The notes: generated by a model not told the origin, from the letters alone. Numbered from the stretch's first letter, positions 30,961 through 41,400 are shown. The stretch is DNA of 64,000 nt from an uncultured Chloroflexia bacterium (GCA_963850365.1 CAWKKX010000051.1:195863-259862), one strand, 5' to 3'. Numbers and translations are program-made.

Positions 30961-32476
30961 ATGTTACCTATGGGAAATCATCAACTTGAAGGCTTCGCCC
31001 AGATCCGTGTAATCGGTGTTGGGGGAGGTGGCAGCAATGCGGTGAACCGCATGATTCAGGCTAGCATGACAGGCATTGAATTCATTGCTATTAATACTGA
31101 TGCTCAGGCCTTGCTGCTAACAGATGCACCACATCGCATCCGTATCGGAGATAAGCTTACTCGTGGTCTCGGAGCAGGGGGCAACCCTAGCGTGGGTGCG
31201 AAAGCTGCAGAGGAGAACGCAGAGGAGATCTACGAAGCGCTCAAGGGTTCGGATATGGTGTTTATCACCGCTGGCATGGGTGGTGGTACTGGGACGGGGG
31301 CAAGTCCTATTGTGGCCCAGATTGCTCGCGAAGTCGGGGCTCTGACCGTTGGGGTGGTGACGCGCCCTTTCGCTTTTGAGGGCAAGAAGCGCCTGCTCTC
31401 GGCGGAGGAAGGCATCAATAATCTCAAGCAACATGTGGATACATTGATTACTGTTCCTAATGACCGCCTCTTGCAGGTTGCTGATAAGCGTACTCCACTT
31501 TCGGAGGCCTTCAGGCTTGCAGATGATGTGCTGCGTCAGGGCATTCAGGGTATCAGCGATCTGATTACGGTGCCCGGTCTGATCAACCTGGACTTTGCAG
31601 ATGTGAAGACGATTATGTCTGCCGCTGGCTCGGCTTTAATGGCCATTGGTGAGGCGAGTGGAGAGAATCGTGCGATGGATGCTGCTCAAATTGCTATTGC
31701 CAGTCCATTGCTGGATATCGATATCAGTGGTGCGCGTGGTGTATTGTTCAACATCACTGGTGGTGTCGATATGACGCTGTTTGAAGTGAATGAGGCGGCG
31801 GACATTATTAGTCAGGCAGCGCATCCAGAGGCAAATATCATCTTTGGAGCTGTGCAAGATCCTAATTATGAGGGGAAGGTGAAGATTACGGTCATCGCGA
31901 CGGGTTTCGATAATGGAACTCCTCTGCGACCAGTGGTGGCGCAGTCACATTCTTATACATCTTCTCGCCCGGATTATGATCGGAGCAGGTTGTATACAGT
32001 ATCTTCGCCATCGCCCATCAATCATAACGCAGCACGTGCACAAGCGCCGAATTATAATCAATCGCCTGCAACTCCATCGGCGAGTGTTTCTAATCATCCT
32101 ACGGGACCGTTGCCAGCCGTACGCAATCAGCCAGTGCAGCCTATGCCATCGTTACCACCGCTTTCGCCTGACACTGGTCGTCAACGCGGGATGAATCCTC
32201 CTCCTGCCCCTGCCGCTTTGCCAGTGGTAAGCGACGATTACGAGAGATGATGTTAGTTATGCTCTGGAGAACGAACTGGCGGCGTCCGATGTGGAGGATA
32301 CACATCGGAGTTTGCCCATGCCAGAACCTGAGGCCCAGGCGCTGAATCGGCCTCCCAATCAGCAGAGATATGTCCGACGCCTGGATCGTGGTGCGGCATC
32401 GGATCTATCACGCGGCAATCGCAATACCCCTTCGGGCGATGTGATTGATATCCCTGCATTCTTAAGAAAGCGCTAA
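30961..32476 (+). CDS. ftsZ: Cell division protein FtsZ (frameshift near 32246 separates the C-terminal peptide)
   Basis: GGGTGTG tubulin signature and NLDFAD. The conserved [15 protein letters not shown] is in the +1 frame, ending at 32476. Confidence 0.95.
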
Positions 32477-32486
32477 AAGGCTCTAT

Positions 32487-32590
32487 TAATTAAACAGAAT
32501 GTGCGTTTTTCATATTTTGCGCTAAGTGCAAAATATGAAAAACGCACATTCTGTTTAATTAGAAAGGGAGAGCGAGCGCCATAGGCGCGA
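32487..32590. repeat. Long perfect palindrome (34-bp arms) plus companion mini-hairpin
   Basis: Arms 32487-32520 and 32528-32561, followed by GCGAGCGCCATAGGCGCGAG. Confidence 0.9.
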
Positions 32591-32609
32591 GTATACACAA
32601 AAGTTTAAA

Positions 32610-33401
32610 TTATACGCCAACCTTATTTGCGGTTTTGCCAAGATTTCCTGGAATATCTTTATTTAGCCCAATATGGTTGACGACGACGCGTACTCCTGGT
32701 ATGCCGATAAGTTCGCGCTCCAGGGCATACTTCATGCTGCTCTTAGGAACATCGCCGTAGATATGTAAGATATAATTTTCGACCAGTACCGAGATGTTTG
32801 TGGCTCCGTCGAGCTTGCCCTGTGCCTTCATGTTGTCGATGCGTGAATCTGCGGCACGGAGGATAGAGTCCTCGGCAATAACGAAGTTTTTCACATCGAC
32901 AACGCCTGGGACCGCCCGTACAGCTTCTTCCAAGTCTTCTCGTTGGGTTTCCAGTTCAACTTTTCCATAGAGAGCCAGGACAACACCGTGATCTTCACTC
33001 TCGATCTCGACTTTGATTGGATGGACGCTATATGCTGTGCTACTGACGGTGACAATGCGCTCCGCCGCCTCGCGCGCCTTATCCAGTATTTCCTGGGCTG
33101 ATAGTGTGACTTTGGGCGTGTGTTCCTCGTGTGTATGTGATGAGGATGCCATAGGATCTTCCAGTGCCCATCCAATGATGCCTACGAGTATAAATGGTGC
33201 AGCCGCAATTGCGAGCCAGGGGCCGTCCGGGATGAACAACAATCCTATCACCGTTACAAGTATGGCTGTGCCTAACAGCAGTGGCCACCAGCTTGGACCT
33301 GGCAGATGGATATGATGTTCTTCCTCGTCTGCCTGATCCTGTTGCAAGGACGTATCTAACTCGTCTATTGCGAGATTCGCCCTTTGAAGAGAAGTTTCCA
33401 T
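32610..33401 (-). CDS. Oxidase-type two-TM hairpin fused to two BON domains
   Basis: HIHLPGPSWWP plus 2 TM; BON motifs LYGKV...VPGVVDVKN and IYGDV...IPGVRVVVN. Confidence 0.8.
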   Translation of the reverse strand: METSLQRANLAIDELDTSLQQDQADEEEHHIHLPGPSWWPLLLGTAILVTVIGLLFIPDGPWLAIAAAPFILVGIIGWALEDPMASSSHTHEEHTPKVTLSAQEILDKAREAAERIVTVSSTAYSVHPIKVEIESEDHGVVLALYGKVELETQREDLEEAVRAVPGVVDVKNFVIAEDSILRAADSRIDNMKAQGKLDGATNISVLVENYILHIYGDVPKSSMKYALERELIGIPGVRVVVNHIGLNKDIPGNLGKTANKVGV

Positions 33402-33513
33402 GATTGCTTACTCTCCTCGGAGAATTGTATATAATTAGTGAGGACCATGTTTACTTTTAGTAGGTGTCCTGTCATTTTAAGCATACCAAATATATTGGCT
33501 TCGTGCAAGCTGT

Positions 33514-34158
33514 CTACTCTTGAAGCAATATCTGCAGGTCTTTCGTCATCTGGTCAGGCGTAAAATCGCTGCTCAGGAAAACACGCTCTCGTCCCTGTTT
33601 ATCGATGACATAGAGTGCCATCGTATGATTGACCTGTTGCTGCTGTTGCTGGGCATAGATACTGTATTCTGACCAGATTGGTGCAAGCGTCTGCTCTTTG
33701 CCGATCAAGAAGTGCCAGTAATTCTGCATGTTATGTGCCTTTGAAAAATTGATTGCTTCTTCAGCCGTATCGCGTTTCGGATCGGTGCTCACTGCCAGAA
33801 TGCCTACATTTTGTGCCTGGCTGCCCAGCTTCAGCATCGTGCTATGTAGTCGCTCGGCCGTCAGTGGGCAGACATCGGGGCAGTGCGTATACAGAAACGT
33901 TAGTACAACCGGTTTCCCCTTAAACTGTGCGAGCGAGACTGATTTACCCGCTTGATCGGTCAACTGAAAATTGGGGGCGGGCTTATTGCCTAGATCGGTG
34001 CCTTGCAAACCTGAGCTGTTGCTATCCGCGCTGGAGCTAACCTGTGGCGCTACGGTTGCCGAATTGCGCTGCAAGACTGTAACGAGGATAACGACCAGGA
34101 TTGCAAGTGTGATAACTGATAGGCGGGAAGCGAGTCGCCAGTTCATATGTAAGCTCAT
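33514..34158 (-). CDS. SCO family copper chaperone
   Basis: YTHCPDVCP, STDPKRDT, HT..LYVID. Confidence 0.93.
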   Translation of the reverse strand: MSLHMNWRLASRLSVITLAILVVILVTVLQRNSATVAPQVSSSADSNSSGLQGTDLGNKPAPNFQLTDQAGKSVSLAQFKGKPVVLTFLYTHCPDVCPLTAERLHSTMLKLGSQAQNVGILAVSTDPKRDTAEEAINFSKAHNMQNYWHFLIGKEQTLAPIWSEYSIYAQQQQQQVNHTMALYVIDKQGRERVFLSSDFTPDQMTKDLQILLQE

Positions 34159-34279
34159 AGTAATGCTCTTCTATTATCCTACTATTTTTAATTTGGCTTT
34201 TGCTACTATTGACATGTCTAGCGTTACATACATAAATAAGTCAATGAATCCAGGAGTTGTATGAAGCCAAAGAACGACA

Positions 34280-35197
34280 TTACAGATGAACGACTCTATC
34301 GATGACCATGACTGCAAAGATCGCTGCCAGGTAACAATTCGAATACCAGAAGAGGGTACGTGCCCAGTCCTTGGTTTTCTCGATCAAGAGGCGGACAGCC
34401 ATGTAGACCATAATACCACCCAGGATGAGAGCACCTATGAGATACAAATAGCCCATGGTATGGATAATGAAAAGCATCATTGTCACTGCAACAAGCAAGA
34501 GCGAATAGAGGAAGATATGTTTGCGTGTCTCGCCTTCGCCCATGACGACTGGCATCATTGGTATATTGGCTTTCTCATAGTCTTTCTGGATCAAGAGTGC
34601 GAGCGCCCAGAAGTGGGGTGGGGTCCAATAGAATACAATGGCGAACAGCCAGATGGCGGCGAGAGGAACTGAATTGGTCACGGCTGCCCAGCCAACCAGC
34701 ACGGGTACTGCGCCAGCTGCACCTCCAATGACAATGTTCTGCGCTGAGGTTCGTTTCAGTCCCATTGTGTAGACAACAACATAAAATAAAATAGCACCCA
34801 GAGCCAGCAGTGCGCTGAGCATATTGACCAGGGTGGCTAAAATAATGAAGGATGCCACGCCCAGTGCGATGCCAAATATCAGGGCGGGAACTGGCTGTAC
34901 ACGGCCAGAGGGGAGTGCCCGCCGCTGGGTGCGTCCCATGATCAGGTCGATGTCTCGATCAATATAACAATTGATGCTATTGGCGCTGCCTGCTGCCAAT
35001 GCTCCACCAAGGAGTGTGGCAAGCACCAGGCCCAGGGGCGGAAAACCCTGACGGGCTATGGCCATTGTTGCAACGGTTATGCCCAGTAGCAGAACTGTTA
35101 CATGCGGTTTCATCAAGTTTGCATAATTGGCAATGGTCTGCCGTATTAGTCCAATCTCTGGCTGTGTATCTATCTCTGTCTTTACCTGCGTACTCAT
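34280..35197 (-). CDS. ctaB: Heme o synthase (protoheme IX farnesyltransferase)
   Basis: DRDID..M.RT..R.LP, NIVIGGAAGA, WTPPHFWAL. Confidence 0.95.
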   Translation of the reverse strand: MSTQVKTEIDTQPEIGLIRQTIANYANLMKPHVTVLLLGITVATMAIARQGFPPLGLVLATLLGGALAAGSANSINCYIDRDIDLIMGRTQRRALPSGRVQPVPALIFGIALGVASFIILATLVNMLSALLALGAILFYVVVYTMGLKRTSAQNIVIGGAAGAVPVLVGWAAVTNSVPLAAIWLFAIVFYWTPPHFWALALLIQKDYEKANIPMMPVVMGEGETRKHIFLYSLLLVAVTMMLFIIHTMGYLYLIGALILGGIMVYMAVRLLIEKTKDWARTLFWYSNCYLAAIFAVMVIDRVVHL

Positions 35198-35321
35198 TAA
35201 GCTCTACCTTCCCTTACCGGGTATTGACTCTTATTCTTTTGGATGCATGATGTCTTTTATTGTCGTTGCGTCTCCTGATATTGCCCTTGCAAGCAGACCA
35301 TTCCACCTTACAATTGCCTGA

Positions 35322-36305
35322 ATGTTTGTTGTTGAATTTATCTTCAGGCTGCTTATGTTCTTCCTCTTGTCTCATCTTTTTTCCCCTGCTATAGTATGTA
35401 AAGGATTTTCTGGAAAGGTCGGCACGATATTGGGAGCAGCGGTGGGTCCAAATTTTTGGCTTACACAATGGAATTGGCAGCCTTCTATTATAATTGGGAC
35501 GATAGCCATTATCGGCCTGTACATTTATGCGGTCGGGCCGCTACGTGAAAAGTATCATTCGGGCGAGCCGGTGCGAACGGGTCAGGCGGTGGCTTTTTTC
35601 CTTGGCGTCTATTTCATTTTTTTCGCGCTTGTCTCGCCGCTCGACGAGCTGGGAGATTACTATCTTTTCAGTGCGCACATGGTGCAACACCTCTTTCTCA
35701 CGATTGTTGGGCCGCCCTTGATGGTTGCTGGCCTGCCGGGCTGGCTATTGCAACCGTTGCTGAAGAAGCGCATCCTGCTACGTGTCGGTAGATTTTTTAC
35801 GTATCCAGCGGTGGCATTTGTGCTCTTTAACGTAAACTTTTGGCTCTGGCATGCACCTCCGCTGTATGATGCAACCCTGTATGATCCGACGCTGCACCTG
35901 CTTGAGCATGTGACCTATATCGTGACGGGCGTTTTGTATTGGTGGCCTGTCTTTAGTCCATTATCAGAAGGTTGGCCGCGCCTCTCGATGGGAGGACAAT
36001 TACTATATATCTTCCTGGGTGGTATGCCTTCTGTCCTGCTGGGTGCGGGCCTGACTTTTACCAGCCCTCTTTACGAGCCGTATATTCATGCGCCGCGCGT
36101 ATGGGGCCTCTCACCTGCCACAGATCAGCAGTTGGGTGGTCTGATTATGTGGGTGCCTGCTAACATTGGATATATCATCGTGGCAAGCGTCATCTTTCTG
36201 CGTTGGATGCAGGCCCAGGATAACAAGCAAAGAGCTGACGAAGCACGCTTGTATGCGGCAGATGCGACCGCCGAGCCAGAAGATATGGAGGACGAGCAAG
36301 CATGA
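35322..36305 (+). CDS. ctaG: caa3-type CtaG cytochrome oxidase assembly factor (start uncertain)
   Basis: FSAHMVQH, WH.P.LYD, HLLEH, DQQLGGLIMW. Confidence 0.88.
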   Translation: MFVVEFIFRLLMFFLLSHLFSPAIVCKGFSGKVGTILGAAVGPNFWLTQWNWQPSIIIGTIAIIGLYIYAVGPLREKYHSGEPVRTGQAVAFFLGVYFIFFALVSPLDELGDYYLFSAHMVQHLFLTIVGPPLMVAGLPGWLLQPLLKKRILLRVGRFFTYPAVAFVLFNVNFWLWHAPPLYDATLYDPTLHLLEHVTYIVTGVLYWWPVFSPLSEGWPRLSMGGQLLYIFLGGMPSVLLGAGLTFTSPLYEPYIHAPRVWGLSPATDQQLGGLIMWVPANIGYIIVASVIFLRWMQAQDNKQRADEARLYAADATAEPEDMEDEQA

Positions 36306-36573
36306 GACTTTTAAGAGGGTAAGCTTTTTCTCCATTCAGGTTCTTGTAAGGTGCAAAAGAAAGATTGCAAGTTGCATGTCAGGCTGCGTAGCTACACTAC
36401 GGCCATACAATAGAGAGAGTGTCGCCTGAATTATGCCATCATCGTCCATCGTCAAAATACCCTTTAAGCAAAACCCTTAAAATACAGTCAGAGATGCCGT
36501 TTGATGTGGCTAACTTTCTCATCTGACTGTTAAATTCAAAGGAATACTCTATCAAAATCTAGGAGATTCAGAC

Positions 36574-37719
36574 GTGAGGATGCCTGTATTTCGTGGGACA
36601 AAGCGCTGGTTAACGTTGGTTAGCTGCTTGCTCTTGTCCACTATTCTATTTGCTGCGTGCGGTGAAAACTCACCCTCTATCTTAAATACGGCAGGTCCTG
36701 TAGCAGCTAACGAAAGCTATATATTCTGGGTAGTCTTATATGTGTCCTTATTCGTCTTTGTGTGCGTTGAAGGTGCATTAGTCTACTCAATCATTCGTTT
36801 TCGCGAGCGTCCAGGTATGCCCAACCCGCGCCAGATACACGGTAATAATTTTCTTGAGCTTACCTGGACAATTATTCCAACACTTATCTTGTTGGGAGTA
36901 CTTGTAGTTACTATTCGTGGCTTGCTGCAAGTTGCGCCTGAGGCTGAGCCCGGCCTGGCGTCAGGGACAAATCTGCAAGTGACTGCGATTGGTCATCAGT
37001 GGTGGTGGGAGTTTCACTATGATAAGTGGAATATCACGACCGCCGATTCGATGCATGTGCCGGTTGGTACGACTGTGCACGTTAATCTCTTCTCGAATAA
37101 CGTTATCCATAGCTTCTGGGTGCCAGCTCTAACTGGTAAGACCGACCTTATCCCCGGTCATGCGAATGCGAAGTGGTTTGTGGCCGATAAAGTAGGTACC
37201 TATATGGGTATCTGCGCCGAGTATTGTGGTACGCAGCATGCGAATATGCGCTTTAATGTCGTTGTCGATACGCCGGATGCTTTTAATACCTGGGTCTCTA
37301 CGCAGCAGCAGAATGCGGTAACGCCCGCGCCGGGTAGCCTGGCCGATCAGGGTATGCAGGAGTTTAAGAACGCGTGCACGACCTGCCATGGCATTGTCGG
37401 TGTTGATAGCACTGGCTTTGTGGATACTGCTAAGGACTGTGTTGACTCAAGCCCTCCTAATCCCAATGATACGACAAAGAACTGTCCTATTGGTCCAAAC
37501 CTGACCCACTTTGGTAGTCGTGATCTCATCGCAGGCGGTGTGCTCGAAAATAATAAAGCCCAGTGCGATCCCAATGATCCGCAACTGCTTGAGCATTGTA
37601 ATCTTGCGAAGTGGTTGAACGATCCGCAGGGCGTAAAACCTGGCAATGATATGCAGATTGGACAGTTGAATCACGATCAAATTAAAGGCCTGGTGGCATA
37701 CCTGGAGAGTTTGCAATAA
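36574..37719 (+). CDS. ctaC: Cytochrome c oxidase subunit II with fused cytochrome c (caa3 type; lipoprotein-like)
   Basis: LFAAC lipobox, HQWWWEF, VIHSFWVP, CAEYCGTQHANM (CuA), CTTCH heme motif, KPGNDM. Confidence 0.95.
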   Translation: MRMPVFRGTKRWLTLVSCLLLSTILFAACGENSPSILNTAGPVAANESYIFWVVLYVSLFVFVCVEGALVYSIIRFRERPGMPNPRQIHGNNFLELTWTIIPTLILLGVLVVTIRGLLQVAPEAEPGLASGTNLQVTAIGHQWWWEFHYDKWNITTADSMHVPVGTTVHVNLFSNNVIHSFWVPALTGKTDLIPGHANAKWFVADKVGTYMGICAEYCGTQHANMRFNVVVDTPDAFNTWVSTQQQNAVTPAPGSLADQGMQEFKNACTTCHGIVGVDSTGFVDTAKDCVDSSPPNPNDTTKNCPIGPNLTHFGSRDLIAGGVLENNKAQCDPNDPQLLEHCNLAKWLNDPQGVKPGNDMQIGQLNHDQIKGLVAYLESLQ

Positions 37720-37773
37720 CCCTGCATGCCCCGTCGTCCTGTATTCCAGGGCTAGACATTGGAGGATTTGTTC

Positions 37774-39468
37774 ATGGCAACCCGTACTATCGGCGAAAAT
37801 GTCACAGTAACAACGGGCATTCGTCGAAAGAACTTTAGCGAAACCTATATTGGTGAATGGCTGACAACGACCGATCATAAGCTGCTTGGTCTGATGTATA
37901 TCGTCACAGGTTTCTTCTTCTTCCTGGTCGGTGGCATGGAGGCCATGCTCATCCGTACTCAGCTTGCGCTGCCAAATGGCAAGGTGCTTGATCCTGAGAC
38001 CTATAATCAGATCTTCACTATGCACGGCACGACAATGATCTTCTTGTTTGTGATGCCTACTCTGGCGGGCTTTGGCAACTATGTTGTGCCGCTGATGCTT
38101 GGCACGCGTGATATGGCCTTTCCGCGCCTGAACGCTTTTGGTTATTGGCTAATGTTGTTCGGTGGCGTCTTCTTGCAGGCCAGCTTTATCATTGGGCAGG
38201 CTCCGAATGGTGGCTGGTTTATGTATGCGCCTCTGAACCAGACAATAGCTGGTTGTGGTCATGGTTTCCAGTGCACGCCACATATGAATGCCGATTTCTG
38301 GATTCTGGGCACTACGCTACTGGGCATCTCATCTATCGCAGGTTCGCTCAACTTCGTGGTTACGATCTTCAAGTTGCGTGCCCCTGGTATGAGTATCAAC
38401 CGTATCCCGCTCTTCACCTGGATGATTATGGTGATGTCGTTTCTGTTGCTGTTTGCTCTGCCTAGCCTGACTGTGGCAAGCCTTATGTTGCTGCTTGATC
38501 GGCATCTTGGTACACACTTTTACCAGTATGGCAGTGGTGGTGATCCGTTACTGTGGCAGCACCTGTTCTGGTCGTTTGGTCACCCCGAAGTGTACATTTT
38601 GATTTTGCCTGCATTTGGTATGATCTCTGAAATCTTGCCGGTCTTCTCGCGCAAGCCTATCTTTGGTTATACTTTTGTTGCCTGGTCTGGCGTGGCGATT
38701 GGTTTCTTGAGCTTTACGGTGTGGGCGCACCATATGTTCGCCGTTGGTCTGCCATCGGTGGCGCAGGCATTCTTCGCTACGAGCACTACGCTGATTGCTA
38801 TCCCGACTGCTGTGAAGATCTTTAACTGGGTGGCTACGGTCTGGGGTGGCAAGATACGTTTTGCAGCTCCTATGCTCTTCGCCCTCGGTTTTATCTCGAT
38901 GTTCTTGATCGGTGGTCTGAACGGTGTGGCGCTGGCAATTGTGCCTTTCGATTACCAGGTGACTGATAGTTACTTCGTGGTCGCTCATATCCATTACGTG
39001 CTCTTTGGTGGTACGGCGCTGGGTATCTTTGCTGGCATTTACTACTGGTTCCCTAAATTTAGCGGTTATATGTTGGACGAGGGCCTGGGCAAGATCCATT
39101 TCTGGCTGACTTTCGTCGGTCTGAACCTGACCTTCTTCCCGATGCATATGTTAGGTATCTTCGGTATGCCACGCCGCGTCTATACCTATCCTGATAATCT
39201 GGGTTGGAATGAATTGAACCTGCTCGCTTCTGTTGGCGTGATCTTTATTGCGGTTGGCGTGCTGGTCTTCCTGGTGAACTTTGTGAAGACTTTGAAGGCT
39301 GGTGAGAAGGTTGGCAGCGATCCCTGGGATGCCTTTACGCTGGAATGGGATACTACGTCTCCTCCTAAAAAGTATAACTTCCTGGAGATTCCAATCGTTC
39401 GTAGCCGTCGCCCATTCTATGATAAGAAGTATCCAGAAACTGCCGACTGGAAGCAGGTTAGTCATTAA
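37774..39468 (+). CDS. ctaD: Cytochrome c oxidase subunit I (A1 type)
   Basis: TTDHK, FTMHGTTM, GHPEVY, WAHH, HIHY, GMPRR. Confidence 0.97.
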   Translation: MATRTIGENVTVTTGIRRKNFSETYIGEWLTTTDHKLLGLMYIVTGFFFFLVGGMEAMLIRTQLALPNGKVLDPETYNQIFTMHGTTMIFLFVMPTLAGFGNYVVPLMLGTRDMAFPRLNAFGYWLMLFGGVFLQASFIIGQAPNGGWFMYAPLNQTIAGCGHGFQCTPHMNADFWILGTTLLGISSIAGSLNFVVTIFKLRAPGMSINRIPLFTWMIMVMSFLLLFALPSLTVASLMLLLDRHLGTHFYQYGSGGDPLLWQHLFWSFGHPEVYILILPAFGMISEILPVFSRKPIFGYTFVAWSGVAIGFLSFTVWAHHMFAVGLPSVAQAFFATSTTLIAIPTAVKIFNWVATVWGGKIRFAAPMLFALGFISMFLIGGLNGVALAIVPFDYQVTDSYFVVAHIHYVLFGGTALGIFAGIYYWFPKFSGYMLDEGLGKIHFWLTFVGLNLTFFPMHMLGIFGMPRRVYTYPDNLGWNELNLLASVGVIFIAVGVLVFLVNFVKTLKAGEKVGSDPWDAFTLEWDTTSPPKKYNFLEIPIVRSRRPFYDKKYPETADWKQVSH

Positions 39469-39527
39469 TCAATATCGGGTTACAGCAGCAATACCCTGTT
39501 TATACATAGACTAGTAGAGGTACAAAG

Positions 39528-39917
39528 GTGTCTCAAGAGCAAAAAAATCATGTAGCAGAGGATGTCTCTTCAGTTCCTTCAGCCTCTCCTCTGCCCTCTA
39601 CAACCTCGGACTCGTCCGCAGTTGAAGAGATTCAAAAGGTGCAGGAGACAGAAGGGTCAAAAGGTTCGGAGGAGACAGCAGTGTCAGCAGACACAGTTGA
39701 CACGGCGACTGGCGTTCCTGCTAAGAAGCGTGGCAAAAGAAAGACCAAACTGGTCAATGTAGAAGAGATTTCGCCTCGCGCCAGCTATTGGCCAATTGTG
39801 CTTGCCTTTTCGTTGGCCATGGTGCTCTTCGGTGTTGTTGCAGGCCCTATTGTTGAGATTGTTGGTGTTATACTGGTTGTTGTTTCAGTTGGCGGCTGGG
39901 TTTTGGAACGTCGCTAG
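39528..39917 (+). CDS. Small oxidase subunit: disordered N-terminus plus two-TM hairpin
   Basis: PRASYWP + 2 TM + GWVLE, located between subunits I and III. Confidence 0.75.
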   Translation: MSQEQKNHVAEDVSSVPSASPLPSTTSDSSAVEEIQKVQETEGSKGSEETAVSADTVDTATGVPAKKRGKRKTKLVNVEEISPRASYWPIVLAFSLAMVLFGVVAGPIVEIVGVILVVVSVGGWVLERR

Positions 39918-39980
39918 GCTTTGCTCCGTGTACGTTAAAAGTATGCGGAGCAGAACTTTTGAATAAGGGAGTTATAGTAT

Positions 39981-40598
39981 ATGAGTATTGCTCATGGTGA
40001 GCAGGTGAGGGTGCTTGAGGAGCATGGTGAGCAGAAGGGGCGTAGCCTGGAATGGTGGGGCATGGTCTTCTTTATCTGCTCAGAGGCTCTGATCTTCGCC
40101 AATCTTATCGCGGCCTATCTCTATTTAGAGATCCGCAATGGTGGCGGCTGGCAGCTCGAAGATGTTGTTTTACCAGCTATCAACACCGTTATCTTGCTTT
40201 CGAGTAGTGGTTTTGTGCATCTCGCCGGTACGGGCATTCGCAAAGGCGATCAAAAACAATTACGCTGGGGCCTGGGGGGGACAATCTTATTAGGTGCTAT
40301 CTTCCTTGGCGGTCAGGCGTATGAATATGCGGGCCTGATCGGCAAGGGCTTCACGCTCGCCTCGACCGAGCATGGGCCTTTCGGATCTGCATTCTTTACG
40401 TTAACCGGCTTCCATGGCTTTCACGTGACCATTGGTCTTATCTTCTTGATCATCTGCCTGGTGCGCTCGTTCAGAGGACACTTCACACAGAAGAAGCACT
40501 TTGCGGTAGAAGCGGCGGAGCTTTACTGGCACTTTGTCGATGGTGTCTGGGTCTTTGTGTTCAGCATCGTCTACTTGTTGCCGCTCGTCATGAAATAA
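39981..40598 (+). CDS. ctaE: Cytochrome c oxidase subunit III (short, five-TM form)
   Basis: FI.SE, NT.ILLSSS, TGFHGFHV, YWHFVD.VW. Confidence 0.95.
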   Translation: MSIAHGEQVRVLEEHGEQKGRSLEWWGMVFFICSEALIFANLIAAYLYLEIRNGGGWQLEDVVLPAINTVILLSSSGFVHLAGTGIRKGDQKQLRWGLGGTILLGAIFLGGQAYEYAGLIGKGFTLASTEHGPFGSAFFTLTGFHGFHVTIGLIFLIICLVRSFRGHFTQKKHFAVEAAELYWHFVDGVWVFVFSIVYLLPLVMK

Positions 40599-40621
40599 GC
40601 GGCTAAGAATCCAGGTTATAT

Positions 40622-40688
40622 TGCACACTTTACATTTTTGCCAACTATTGCGAGAAGCGCAATAGTTGGCAAAAATGTAAAGTGTGCA
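40622..40688. repeat. Long perfect palindrome (31-bp arms)
   Basis: Arms 40622-40652 and 40658-40688, loop AGAAG. Confidence 0.9.
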
Positions 40689-40821
40689 TATTATGTATAC
40701 CCATTTTTTGGGTATACGGCATCTTGTCTAACGAATATATGGGAAAAATATGGTATAATCAAAAGATATATTCCTGCGCTGTGAGCTAGCTGTGATCCAG
40801 GAGATAGAAAGGACTTTTTGT

Positions 40822-41238
40822 ATGAACGAGGCAATGCACAATGGAGAGCCTGCTGTCGTAGATCAGCAAGACGAGACACGCAAGCGAAGAAGTCGTGCAT
40901 GCTGTTCGGTGTGTACCAGTCGTATCTGGTTTGCTTCAGTACGTATAGTCGAGCCTGAAGGGGTGCCCGAGCCCCGTCTCTCCTGGATTCTTTGTAAACA
41001 ATGTCACAGAGCTTTAATATCTGAGCTGGATCGTTCCTCTCTGCTTTCTCCGTTGCGTTTGCGTATCGCCATGGGTATGGTTGCAGCCGAACGTTGGCCG
41101 TATGCGTATGTTTATACGACAAAAGTACGCGAATATGTCAATGATCGACGCTGGATTGTCTTTATGGCTGCAGCTTTCATTACTGCGATGGTCGTGCATT
41201 TGATCCTGTTCGTGGTAATTGGGGGAAGCATGAGGTAG
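40822..41238 (+). CDS. Hypothetical protein with two CxxC pairs and a C-terminal TM
   Basis: CCSVC ... CKQC and a hydrophobic C-terminus. Confidence 0.65.
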   Translation: MNEAMHNGEPAVVDQQDETRKRRSRACCSVCTSRIWFASVRIVEPEGVPEPRLSWILCKQCHRALISELDRSSLLSPLRLRIAMGMVAAERWPYAYVYTTKVREYVNDRRWIVFMAAAFITAMVVHLILFVVIGGSMR

Positions 41239-41400
41239 TGAGCATCAATATATAAGGTGTTTTCTGAGAATACATATGTGAGCGCCGCTGACGCGAGCTT
41301 GTAGTACCTTTTCAAAAAAGTGGGCGTGGTTGACTTTTTTTGCTAAAATAGGTCTAGCCAAGTAAACAGAAAAAGTCTGGCGGGAAAGGGTCGTGTACGG

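Noticed and set aside
32291-32476. Separate small protein mimicking the FtsZ C-terminal peptide
   Set aside because: It joins ftsZ on removal of one base in GAGAGA, matching the window-wide +1 error pattern.
36484-36530. Stem upstream of ctaC as a riboswitch
   Set aside because: Only one imperfect stem (ACAGTCAGA/TCTGACTGT); no recognisable aptamer motif.
3257-40688. Palindromes as CRISPR repeats, attC sites or hairpin telomere sites
   Set aside because: No repeat-spacer array, no GTTRRRY cores, and no cas, integrase or protelomerase gene; copies are dispersed and non-identical.
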